Shown: positions 48,856 through 57,850 of the stretch, piece after piece
How positions within the stretch are numbered: the first letter of the stretch is position 1
How the letters are laid out: each line of letters opens with the position of its first letter
From: Nitrospinales bacterium
GTDB lineage: Bacteria; Nitrospinota; Nitrospinia; Nitrospinales; VA-1
Length of the DNA stretch: 64,000 nucleotides
Assembly (NCBI GenBank): GCA_965223345.1
Contig: CBDCWG010000012.1
Span: 2,560,001 to 2,624,000, forward strand
Reading direction: 5' to 3'
Notes under the pieces: model-generated
Databases searched by the model: none
The model's input: the letters and a program-made list of their open reading frames with translations, nothing else
What the model was told of the DNA's origin: nothing
Translations under genes and position numbers: made by a program

Positions 48856-49164
48856 TCCAGAACCCAAAATTCCACACAAATGAATTGATAAATCACCCGT
48901 TGCGATCGGTGCGTCTGCCAGTGCCCGGATGTTCTGTTGTTTGTGTTTGAAAAAACGGTGGTTGGATTCTTGCACGCGGATTGCTGCAGGTACTGCAGCA
49001 CGCCGCGCGGCGCAGGGGGATTCAGGGCATGCGCGGGATCGGCAGAGAACGTTTGCCAGCCGCAAGCGGGGATCGAAGACGCGCTGAGGCACTCCCGCGA
49101 TCGTAAAGACCGGGAGTGCAAACGATTGCGGCCGCTTCCCGGTTGCGGGTGTTGCGGCCGTCGT

Positions 49165-49377
49165 TCAGCCTTCGTTGCCGTAGTCGGAAAATTCCAGAAA
49201 CTGGCTGTCCAGGGTCTGCTTGACCCATTGGGGCACACGAGGGCGCTCGGAATTTTGCAGGGACATGGACTCTTCAGCCTTTCTGAAGTTGTCCCAATGC
49301 GTCTGTTTGAGCTCCTGAGTGCTGACCACCTTTTTGACGGAACCGTCGGGATTGTAAACCCTCACCTCGTAAAACAT
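49165..49377 (-). CDS. Small hypothetical protein (70 aa)
   Basis: AAGGAG RBS then MFYEVRVYNPDGSVKKVVS; sigma54 site upstream. Confidence 0.75.
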   Translation of the reverse strand: MFYEVRVYNPDGSVKKVVSTQELKQTHWDNFRKAEESMSLQNSERPRVPQWVKQTLDSQFLEFSDYGNEG

Positions 49378-49420
49378 GACTGTCTCCTTACCTTTGACGT
49401 TGATTTTCAATGATTTGTAT

Positions 49421-49437
49421 GGCAATTCGCGTGCCAA
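49421..49437 (-). promoter_or_regulatory. Sigma54 promoter
   Basis: TTGGCACGCGAATTGCC, consensus TGGCAC-N5-TTGC; AT-rich tract upstream. Confidence 0.8.
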
Positions 49438-49706
49438 AACATAAAATGTTGAATTTTAAAGGGTTATTTTGTTTTTACGGGTTTTTTCGGGGGCGGGGGT
49501 TATCGCGAATTCATACAATTTTTGCCAAAATATGACAATTTTGGGCATATTTGACCGTCGTCGCAGGGGGCAATTTTGCGGTTCTGCGGTTGATTTTTTG
49601 CGCGATAATGGGCTGTGTAAGGGCTCATCCTGTGAATGCGGAGCCGTCAGCGGGGCAGGGCAGGATCGACCCGCGGCGGGGCCGCCGAACGATCTGGAGG
49701 TAAAAG

Positions 49707-49916
49707 ATGACAAAACAGGCGATCACCGTGAACGGCATGAGTTGCGGGCATTGCGTGGAAACGATCACGAAATCCGTCGGAGCGCTTCCCGGCGTTCAGG
49801 CGGTGAACGTGGATCTGGAACAGAAACGGGTCGCGGTGGAATACGACGAAGCGGCGACGGGAATGGAAGCAATCTCCGCCGCCATTGCGAAAGCGGGCTT
49901 TGAAGTGGAAGCCTGA
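49707..49916 (+). CDS. copZ: Copper chaperone (HMA domain)
   Basis: GMSCGHC motif, GGAGG RBS. Confidence 0.9.
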   Translation: MTKQAITVNGMSCGHCVETITKSVGALPGVQAVNVDLEQKRVAVEYDEAATGMEAISAAIAKAGFEVEA

Positions 49917-49969
49917 GCGGGGAAGGGCGGGCGGCCCTTCTCAGACGGGGTGCGCTTTCTGCGTTACGT

Positions 49970-50458
49970 TCAGGGGTGCGCCAAAACCGGGCGGGTGCTG
50001 AAGTCGAGGCCGGGGCTGTCGCTTTTGGGTGTGGGTTCGTTGCACAGCCCGCCGCAGTCGGCGATGCCCAGGCTCAGCGGCGATTCGCCGAACTGTTTCT
50101 GAAACAGGGCGTCGGTTTCGTCGAAGGCTTTCTGCATGCGCTGCTTGTCCGCTTCACCGCGCAAACCGAAATAGGGGAAGTGGTGGAAATAGCGGCCGAA
50201 CAGCGTCTCGCAGTCCGCCATGTATTTGCGGCTGTCGAGGATGTGGATGTGCCAGAACGTGTCGATGTCGCGGGTGGGGACGATGGTTTTCTCCGGATGC
50301 AGGCACACCAGATACAGGAACCGGCGGTACCAGGTCTCCTGCACCTGAACCTGCTCGATGCTCCAGCCGGGTCCGGTTTCCGGCTGCACCAGCAGGAACT
50401 TGATCGGCTCCAGATCGAGAGCGCGGTTGAACTGCTCAAATGAAATCTCGGTTTTCAT
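49970..50458 (-). CDS. Glycine-rich-domain-like (GRDP/DUF1399-related) protein
   Basis: YRRFLYL...P..DIDTFWHIHILD...Y..DC...FG....H. Confidence 0.75.
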   Translation of the reverse strand: MKTEISFEQFNRALDLEPIKFLLVQPETGPGWSIEQVQVQETWYRRFLYLVCLHPEKTIVPTRDIDTFWHIHILDSRKYMADCETLFGRYFHHFPYFGLRGEADKQRMQKAFDETDALFQKQFGESPLSLGIADCGGLCNEPTPKSDSPGLDFSTRPVLAHP

Positions 50459-50501
50459 CTTTCCTCCCCTCCGGGCGATGGCGCGCGGTTTCCGGTTTGC
50501 G

Positions 50502-51680
50502 TCAGGAACTCAGCCTGCCTATTTTGGCGCGAACGGTTTTTTCGGAACCGTTGCGGATGATCTTGATGGTCACGACTTTGCCGATGCGGGTCTGCGCCAC
50601 CATCATCTGAAATTTTTTCGAACCCAGCACCTGCCTGCCGTCGAACTGCACGATGATGTCTCCGCGCAGGAGGCCCGCGTCCTTCGCCGGCGTTTTGTTT
50701 TCGACGCTGTTGACCAGCACGCCGGTGCTGACTTTCTGGATCTGGAACGAGGACGCCAGCTCCGGGGTCAGCGACTGGATGCTCACGCCCAGCCAGCCGC
50801 GCGCCACTTCTCCCTGTTCGATGAGCTCGTCGGCCACCTTGAGCGCCATGTCGATGGGGATCGCGAAACCGACGCCGGAGCCGATCTCCGCGACGGCGGT
50901 GTTGATGCCGATGATCTCGCCTTCGAGATTGATCAGCGGGCCGCCGCTGTTGCCGGGGTTGATGGAGGCGTCGGTCTGGATGAAGTTTTCAAACGTGGTG
51001 ATGCCGAGATCGGTGCGGCCCTGACCGCTGACCACGCCGACCGTCACCGTGCCTTCCAGGCCGTACGGGTTGCCGATGGCCATCACCCATTCGCCCACGT
51101 GCACGTCGCGCGATTTGCCGAACACCGGCCGCACGAGCTTGCGGAACGAGGCGATCTTGAGCACGGCCAGGTCCGTCATGGGATCGATGCCGATGACCTT
51201 GGCGTAGTAATCCTTGCCGTTGGAGAGTTTGATGAGAAGGCGCGGGACGTCCTTGATCACGTGATGATTGGTGAGGATGTAGCCCTGCGTGTTGAGCAGG
51301 ACGCCGGAGCCGACGTTTTCCACGCGGAATTTTTTCTCTCCCACGGTGCTGACCAGCCAGTCCTTGATGAACGCGTACCAGGGTTTCGGCTCGTGCGGGT
51401 CGGGATCGTGCCAGGACGATTGGCGCACGATCTTCAAAACCTTGTTGATGCCCACCACCGAGGGCTTGGTCTGTCTGGCGTTGCGGATGAACGCCTCCTG
51501 CAGCTGGACGATGTTTTTGTATTCCTGTTTTTCGGCCAGCGGGTGCTGGAGCGACGCTTCCTGCACGTTGTCCGGCGTGGAGAGATCGCTGAGAGGGCGG
51601 TCCTGAATCAGCCAGGCGGCGGCCGCGAGCCCGAGCACCAGAACGACGGTCTGATAAAAACGGATATTGTTTGAGGTCAT
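50502..51680 (-). CDS. HtrA/DegQ serine protease with PDZ domain
   Basis: TNHHV, DLAVLK, TDASINPGNSGGPL, RGWLGV PDZ. Confidence 0.95.
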   Translation of the reverse strand: MTSNNIRFYQTVVLVLGLAAAAWLIQDRPLSDLSTPDNVQEASLQHPLAEKQEYKNIVQLQEAFIRNARQTKPSVVGINKVLKIVRQSSWHDPDPHEPKPWYAFIKDWLVSTVGEKKFRVENVGSGVLLNTQGYILTNHHVIKDVPRLLIKLSNGKDYYAKVIGIDPMTDLAVLKIASFRKLVRPVFGKSRDVHVGEWVMAIGNPYGLEGTVTVGVVSGQGRTDLGITTFENFIQTDASINPGNSGGPLINLEGEIIGINTAVAEIGSGVGFAIPIDMALKVADELIEQGEVARGWLGVSIQSLTPELASSFQIQKVSTGVLVNSVENKTPAKDAGLLRGDIIVQFDGRQVLGSKKFQMMVAQTRIGKVVTIKIIRNGSEKTVRAKIGRLSS

Positions 51681-51717
51681 GGTCTTCCTCAAATGATTGC
51701 GTGGATCTTCCTGGGAG

Positions 51718-52449
51718 TCACTGCGACGCCTGTTTGCATCCCTCATACAGAGTGACGATTCCCAGCGTCAGGTCTGTGTGCGCGATGCGTGCGAATCCCG
51801 CCTGCTGCATGATGTCCGCAAAATCCTTCCGCTTCGGAAAACGCGAGACCGACTGCGGAAGGTAGTCGTAAGCGTGTTTGTGCTTCGAGATCAGCCGGCC
51901 CACTCTGGGCAGCACCGACCGGAAATACAGATTGTACAAAAACCCCAGCAGCGGCTGCTCCGGATGCGAGAATTCCAGGATCACCGCCCGCCCGTCCGGT
52001 TTCAGCACGCGCAGCATCTCGGAAAGCCCGCGTGCGGGATCGGCGAAATTGCGGATGCCGAACGCGCAGACCAGCCCGTCGAAACTCGCGGAAGCGTAGG
52101 GCAGGTTTTCCCCGCAGCCTTTCTGCAGCGCGATCGCGGCTTCAAGTTTGCGCTGCCGCACCTTGCGCCTGCCGCGTTCGAGCATGGGGGCGCTGAAATC
52201 GATCCCCAGTACCTGAACCTGCCCGTTTTGGCGTGCGGCGATTTCCACCGCCATGTCCGCGGTGCCGGTGGCCACATCGAGAAAGCGTTCGCCGCGCTGC
52301 GGCGCCAGCCGGTCCACCGCCGTTTTCCGCCAGTAACGGTCCCGGCCCGCGCTGAGCAAGGTGTTGAGCAGATCGTATCGGGGCGCCACGGCGCCGAACA
52401 TGGTTTGAACCTGCCTGGCAAACGATGCAGGATCGATTGAAGTCTGCAT
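51718..52449 (-). CDS. menG: UbiE/MenG quinone methyltransferase
   Basis: MFGAVAPRYDLLN, LDVATGTAD, FGIRN, RVLKP.G..VILEFS, YDYLPQSV. Confidence 0.93.
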   Translation of the reverse strand: MQTSIDPASFARQVQTMFGAVAPRYDLLNTLLSAGRDRYWRKTAVDRLAPQRGERFLDVATGTADMAVEIAARQNGQVQVLGIDFSAPMLERGRRKVRQRKLEAAIALQKGCGENLPYASASFDGLVCAFGIRNFADPARGLSEMLRVLKPDGRAVILEFSHPEQPLLGFLYNLYFRSVLPRVGRLISKHKHAYDYLPQSVSRFPKRKDFADIMQQAGFARIAHTDLTLGIVTLYEGCKQASQ

Positions 52450-52691
52450 GAATGTGCGACGCCCCGATGGATCCAACCCTTGCGGCGGTCCGCTCACGGT
52501 TATTGGGAACGTCGTTGGTTGTGAACGGGTTCCGGCCGGGTTTCAGATGCAATGATCGAATTTTACCACCTGATTTCAAAGGGAACAAGCGGGTTTCGGC
52601 AGCCGGTTTGCCGAACCGGATCGTCTTGATATTCAGGAGGCGGAAGAGTAGAATTTTTAATTCCACCCATTGCATTGCGAAAGGCTTCGGC

Positions 52692-53240
52692 ATGAAAAAA
52701 GTACTGGTCGCCCTGGCCCCGGGGTTCGAAGAGATCGAAACCGTCACCGTGGTCGATATCCTGCGGCGGGCCGGCGCGCGCGTGACGCTGGCAGGGACCG
52801 AGGACGGCCCGCTTGAGGGCTCGCGGGGCATCCGCATCGCTCCGGACTGCCTGCTGGAGGGGCTCAAGGCAGCCGATTTCGACCTGGTGGTGCTGCCGGG
52901 CGGGCAGCCGGGCACCGACAACCTGAACGCCAGCGCGGAGCTGGCGGAAATCCTCAAGGCCATGCATGCGGACGGCAAGACCCTCGCCGCCATCTGCGCC
53001 GCGCCCACGGTGCTGCACACGCTGGGTCTGCTTGCGGATAAATCGGCGACCAGCCATCCCTCGGTGCGGGAAAAGCTCAACGGCACCCGGTATTCCGAAA
53101 ACCGGGTGGAGGTGGACGGAAACATCGTCACCAGCCGCAGTCCAGGCACGGCGATGGAGTTCGCCATGAAGCTGGTGGCCCTGTTGTTCGGCGAGGACCG
53201 GGTGGACACCGTGAACAAGGGGGTGCTGGCGAAGCTCTGA
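52692..53240 (+). CDS. DJ-1/ThiJ family glyoxalase
   Basis: GFEEIE, LPGG, AICAAP, TSRSPGTA. Confidence 0.93.
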   Translation: MKKVLVALAPGFEEIETVTVVDILRRAGARVTLAGTEDGPLEGSRGIRIAPDCLLEGLKAADFDLVVLPGGQPGTDNLNASAELAEILKAMHADGKTLAAICAAPTVLHTLGLLADKSATSHPSVREKLNGTRYSENRVEVDGNIVTSRSPGTAMEFAMKLVALLFGEDRVDTVNKGVLAKL

Positions 53241-53553
53241 ACCGTTTCGTCCGCTGCGATAATCCGGCAGGGCCGCGGGCCGGCAAGCCGTTTGCGTTAA
53301 AGTCCGCCGGGGGAGTTCCGACAAGAAATCTGTGGGACGGCGATAAAATTTTCTGGAAAAGTTTTTTCAGATCGGGTATAAATTGTTGAATTTTATGAGA
53401 CTATTCCGGCCACTACCGGCCGGGAGCGCGTCCGAAAAAAATGTTTCGAAACATTGGAACCTTTCCGGTGGAAATTCATCCTAGAATTCAAGGAGAAATC
53501 CTTGGAAGCGCAAAAAGCTTGTTTTGTCGCGAGATTTTGAGGAGGTTTTAAGA

Positions 53554-53787
53554 ATGTACGTGAATGTTTCCCGCAGCAAGTTGTTGATCAACAACCGGCG
53601 TCCGCCGAAGAAAAAGAAAAAAGCGGCCGAACCTTCGGTCCGTTGCAATCATTGTGGAGGGCCGATCCGGCCCGACGGTGAATTTTTCAACTGTCTGATG
53701 TGTTCGCGCGAGCAGAGCCATGTCTGCTCGACCTGCGCGCATGTCCGCAGCAACGAAGTTTCAGGTAAACAGAAAAAGAGCGCCTGA
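53554..53787 (+). CDS. Small Cys-rich (zinc-ribbon) protein
   Basis: GAGGAGG RBS; CNHC, CLMC, CSTC motifs. Confidence 0.7.
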   Translation: MYVNVSRSKLLINNRRPPKKKKKAAEPSVRCNHCGGPIRPDGEFFNCLMCSREQSHVCSTCAHVRSNEVSGKQKKSA

Positions 53788-53868
53788 AACCCAGGCGCTC
53801 GACCTGATTTCATTCCTTTTGCACTTGCCCGTTCGGGCATGCGAATCGCTTCGCAAAAATCCTTCCGT

Positions 53869-55764
53869 CTAGCCGTCCGTCGAAACGTTTTTTTCGATCC
53901 ACTTTTTCAGAATGTACAATGCCCAGGGGCGCGACCAGGAAGTCCGTTTCGCCAGGAAACCGGTCCACACGTTTTCGATCGCCGCATCGGATAAAAAGTC
54001 GGACAGCGGCCGGACCGGACTCAATAGAACGGTTTCGACTTCCTGTTTTATGCCGCCGCGCAGCCAGTTTTCGAAGGGCAGGGTGAACCCCATCTTTTTG
54101 CGCTGCACGATTTCATCCGGCAGTCCGCCCGGTATCGAGTGGGCGAGCAGGTGCTTCGGCGTTTGGCTTTGGTATTTGACTTCGGCCGGTATCGGAAACA
54201 CGCTCTCCACCAGTTCGTGATCGATCAGGGGAACGCGGATCTCCAGGCCGTGCGCCATGCCCATGACGTCGGTGTCGCGCAGCAGCGTGTTGGGCAAATA
54301 GTGCGTCATCTCCAGGTAAGAGATCCGGTCGCGGACATCCAGCGGTTTTAAATTTTCAAGCAGGCTGGTGGTGCTCTGCCGGTGCCGATCGATTTCCTGT
54401 TGCAGAAGATGGCTGTCAAAGAACAGGCGCCGGAGATCGTCCTCGCAGAACAGGGAGCGGATGAGAAAGTAGGGGTGAACGGATTGCCCGCACAGATAAT
54501 GCGCGAGCTTGCTCATTTTCACCGAACCGCCGGGCAGATGCTTGAGCGCGGTTCCCATAAGCCGCGACCAGGAAGAGGGCAGGGCGTCGAAAAAAGACCG
54601 CATGCGCAAAAGCCGGGGAGCCAGCGTGAACGATTCGTAGCCGCCGAACAGCTCGTCGCCGCCCAGGCCCGAAAGGGCGACTTTCCAGCCTCGCTCTTTC
54701 GCGCAGCGGGCAATGAACCAGGTGTTGATGCCATCGACGGTCGGCTGGTCCATATCCGCCACCGCCAGGGGCAGGGCGTCCAGCAGGTCCGATTCGGTGA
54801 GGGGCAGGGCGTGGTGTTCGGTGCCGTAGCGTTTGGCCACTAGATTGGAATAGCCCGATTCGTCGAATTCGTGTTCGTTGAACACCACCGACAGTGTTTT
54901 GAGCGGTTCCTGCGACTGCGCCGCCGCGTGCGCAACCACGGCGCTGGAATCGATGCCGCCGCTCAGGAACGCGCCGAGCGGGGCGTCGCTGATGAGTCGG
55001 TAGCGCAATGATTGCTGTAATTTTTCCCGCACGGTTTCCTGCGCGTCACCGCTTGCAGGTTGCGCGGAGCGGGCAGGGGACCAGTATTCTTTTATTTCGA
55101 TGCCGCCCGCCGAGGCCTTGAGCCAGTGTCCGGGCGGCAGTTCGTGGATGGCGTCGATCAGCGTTGCGGGCGAGGACAGGCTGCCATAACTCAGATAATG
55201 ATACAGTCCCGCCGGGTTGAGTGTGGCCTGCGGGATGTTGGCAGCCAGGAGCGCGCGGATTTCCGAGGCGAAAAGAAAACAATCCTCGTTGTGGAAGTAG
55301 TACAGCGGTTTGATGCCGAGCCGGTCGCGCGCCAGGAAGAGGGTGCTCTGCTCCGCGTCCCAGATGGCGAACGCGAACAGGCCGCGCAGGCGGTGCAGGC
55401 AGTCGATGCCCCATTCCTCATACGCCTTGAGCAGCACCTCGGTGTCGGAGTGGGAGGCGAAGCGGTATTTCGCGGCCAGCTCGTCGCGCAATTCTCTGTA
55501 GTTATAGATCTCACTGTTTGTGGAGATCCACAGCATTTCACTGTCGTTGGCCATCGGCTGGTGGCCGCCGGGTGTGAGGTCGATGATGGACAGGCGCTGG
55601 TGCCCCAGGTGCAGGGTGTGGCCGCCGGTCACCGGCAGGTTGACTTCGCCGCGGTCGTCGGGGCCGCGGTGCTGCATGCGGTCGAGCATGTGGCGCAGGT
55701 CGCGGCCGAGATGATCACCGAGCCTGCCTTCACTGAAATCGAATATTCCGGCGACGCCGCACAT
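53869..55764 (-). CDS. asnB: Asparagine synthase (glutamine-hydrolysing) family amidotransferase
   Basis: MCGVAG, HRGPD, RLSIID, RDRLGIKPLYY, LSGGIDSS, LSGLGGDELFGGY. Confidence 0.95.
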   Translation of the reverse strand: MCGVAGIFDFSEGRLGDHLGRDLRHMLDRMQHRGPDDRGEVNLPVTGGHTLHLGHQRLSIIDLTPGGHQPMANDSEMLWISTNSEIYNYRELRDELAAKYRFASHSDTEVLLKAYEEWGIDCLHRLRGLFAFAIWDAEQSTLFLARDRLGIKPLYYFHNEDCFLFASEIRALLAANIPQATLNPAGLYHYLSYGSLSSPATLIDAIHELPPGHWLKASAGGIEIKEYWSPARSAQPASGDAQETVREKLQQSLRYRLISDAPLGAFLSGGIDSSAVVAHAAAQSQEPLKTLSVVFNEHEFDESGYSNLVAKRYGTEHHALPLTESDLLDALPLAVADMDQPTVDGINTWFIARCAKERGWKVALSGLGGDELFGGYESFTLAPRLLRMRSFFDALPSSWSRLMGTALKHLPGGSVKMSKLAHYLCGQSVHPYFLIRSLFCEDDLRRLFFDSHLLQQEIDRHRQSTTSLLENLKPLDVRDRISYLEMTHYLPNTLLRDTDVMGMAHGLEIRVPLIDHELVESVFPIPAEVKYQSQTPKHLLAHSIPGGLPDEIVQRKKMGFTLPFENWLRGGIKQEVETVLLSPVRPLSDFLSDAAIENVWTGFLAKRTSWSRPWALYILKKWIEKNVSTDG

Positions 55765-55886
55765 GGCTCAAAAGATCAGACAGGATAACAGGATGAAACA
55801 GAATGGAGGAGAATGAAACGAAAAGGAATTATTACCGCAAAGACGCAGAGGACGCAAAGGAAAACAAGCAATGAGAAGGGAAACGA

Positions 55887-56286
55887 TTATGCGCTCGCAT
55901 CCGACCCCACGGCGTACTCGTTCCATTGGGGTCGGCAAAATCAACGTCGTGCCAAGCTCGACACCCGTTCATTAATAAATGAGGTTGCTTGCCGGCGGCC
56001 GCGAAAGGAAAAAATGGGTTTGACGATCGTGCCGCCGGCGTCTTCGATCTTCGCCTGCGTCTGTTCCAGTTCCCTGCTGTAGAAGACGATAAGTGCGGCC
56101 CCGTTGGCCGTGGATGAAGAGAGGTTGGATTTGAAAAAGCCGCCGTCGAGGCCTGCATCGGCAAAGGCGGTGTACTCCGGTCCGAAATACTGGAAAGACC
56201 ACCGAACACTTTATGAAAAAAGGTCTTGGTTACCTCCAGATTCGTGGCGGGAAACTCCACGTAGTTTATTTTTCGTGTCGGTTCAT
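55887..56286 (-). pseudogene. VOC/glyoxalase pseudogene (frameshifts plus about 50-bp insertion)
   Basis: MNRHEKINYVEFPATNLEVTKTFFHKVFG / frameshift / WSFQYFGPEYTAF...IVKPIFSF.GRR / insert / FADPNG..YAV.SD. Confidence 0.85.
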
Positions 56287-56290
56287 GTGG

Positions 56291-57022
56291 TTATTTCTGC
56301 TGTGGCTCCATCGTCCACCAGGGTGTGTTGATGAACTTCGCCCCTTCATCATTGGGGTAGAAGTTGTGCAGGGCGTCATCGGTGAAGTAGCGCCAGAAGG
56401 GGGCCTCGTATTGCTTGTCGAGAATCTGGAACGCCCCGTTTTTCTCCTGTTCCTTCAGGAAGTCGCGATAGGCGTCCACCGGTTCGGGCCCCGCCTGCTG
56501 AAAGATCACACGGCCGCCGTACTTTGCGTACAGCGCTTTGTTGATCTTCCAGCGGGTGATAAAATTTCGCGCCATTTGTCGTTTCATCGGGGCGAGTTGT
56601 TCCTCCATTCCCTGGGTCTGCTGCTTCATTTCGCGGGCACTTTTCAGAATGCGCTCGATCGATTGCAGGCGGGATTCCTTGTCCTTCCGCTCGCGCTCAG
56701 TCAGGTCAGGGGACTTCAATTCAGCTTTCAATTTCTTCCTGTCTTTCTCGAAGCGGATCTGTTGCCGCTTTTCACTTTCCTCGGTTTTCTTGACGAAAGC
56801 GTCGATTTCCGCATCGGTGGCCGCAATTTTGTTGTCCCTGGCGTACTTCTCCATCAGGGTTCCGAAAACCAGACCGTCGAGCCGGGCCTTGTCCTTGACC
56901 GTGATCTTCTTTCCCAGAACCACCGCAATGACGTCCTTGTCCGAGTCTTTTGCCTGAGAGGTCTGGGCAAATGTAAATGTTACAACCAGAGTGACCAAAA
57001 ATAGAATTGTAATTTTCTTCAA
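56291..57022 (-). CDS. Exported hypothetical protein (SurA N-terminal-like helical)
   Basis: GAGGAAG RBS, signal peptide, VIAVVLGKKIT..D motif. Confidence 0.7.
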   Translation of the reverse strand: MKKITILFLVTLVVTFTFAQTSQAKDSDKDVIAVVLGKKITVKDKARLDGLVFGTLMEKYARDNKIAATDAEIDAFVKKTEESEKRQQIRFEKDRKKLKAELKSPDLTERERKDKESRLQSIERILKSAREMKQQTQGMEEQLAPMKRQMARNFITRWKINKALYAKYGGRVIFQQAGPEPVDAYRDFLKEQEKNGAFQILDKQYEAPFWRYFTDDALHNFYPNDEGAKFINTPWWTMEPQQK

Positions 57023-57034
57023 TTTATTCTTCCT

Positions 57035-57610
57035 CTAGCTGGGTTGTTTTTCAACATGAACCGCTGTTTTTAACATTTTCATCGCCTCAATCTGGATATC
57101 TTCGGCACCTTCGTTTGTAAAAATAGTGAAAATTATTGAGATAGTTTTAAAAAGCAAATGTCCTTGGGTCATGTATTTATATTCACCCTTTTTGAGAGCT
57201 TTGTCTGTTACCCGAAAGTAGTAGCCTTTATTGAAATCGCCTCTGAATTCTTCAATGGGAATGTCCTTTTCTATAACCTGACTTTTTACCTTTTCGGCCG
57301 CCTGACTTACTAAGAACAATAAGTCCTCGGGTTTGGGTAGAGTGATGTTTTCGGCAAATGGAAAAAAAGTAGATATAAGAACTTGAAAAGATGAATCGGA
57401 TTCGGGGGTAAATACGATGGTGGGGGGAAGCCCGCCAGGAGGGTAACGTACGGTTTCCCGCCATGCTTTGGGGACCGAAAAATTTATCTGACCGTGACCG
57501 GAAAGGGGATAACTTCTTACCGAGTTTTTCTCATTATTTGTGCACGATAAGGCTGTCAGAGAATAAAAAACTATAAGGAATGGAATGAATGGAATGAATT
57601 TTTTGTTCAA
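57035..57610 (-). CDS. AT-rich hypothetical lipoprotein
   Basis: TTG start, ALSC lipobox; visibly AT-rich codons unlike the flanks. Confidence 0.7.
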   Translation of the reverse strand: MNKKFIPFIPFLIVFYSLTALSCTNNEKNSVRSYPLSGHGQINFSVPKAWRETVRYPPGGLPPTIVFTPESDSSFQVLISTFFPFAENITLPKPEDLLFLVSQAAEKVKSQVIEKDIPIEEFRGDFNKGYYFRVTDKALKKGEYKYMTQGHLLFKTISIIFTIFTNEGAEDIQIEAMKMLKTAVHVEKQPS

Positions 57611-57627
57611 AGGCTTACCTTTTCATT

Positions 57628-57655
57628 AGTTCCTATAATCTATATTATGTCAACT
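57628..57655. other. dif: dif site (XerC/XerD chromosome dimer resolution site)
   Basis: AGTTCCTATAA-TCTATA-TTATGTCAACT; 11-6-11 layout close to B. subtilis ACTTCCTAGAA-TATATA-TTATGTAAACT and the E. coli XerD arm TTATGTTAAAT. Confidence 0.88.
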
Positions 57656-57772
57656 AATGGGGGTTGGATTGCGAGTCTCTGATTCGCTCTCAGAGGCCTT
57701 ATTTCCGGTTGGGACAGGGTTTCCCCTTAGGGTTTCTGCTTCTGCTACGACAAGTTTATGCTTTAAAAGGTT

Positions 57773-57804
57773 TGTCCTGAGTTTGCCGAAGGGCTCAGCA
57801 TGAC
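57773..57804. repeat. REP-like palindrome
   Basis: TGTCCTGAGTTTGCCGAAGGGCTCAGCATGACA; same family as 40351-40376. Confidence 0.6.
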
Positions 57805-57850
57805 AAAGAGGTTTTGCGCTTTGTGAGCGAGCCTTCTGTACGGCGAGCGG

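Noticed and set aside
57624..57659. Integron attC or terminator reading of the CATTAGTT...AACTAATG palindrome
   Set aside because: The 11-6-11 dif match and the motif polarity switch explain it better; no intI and no attC array.
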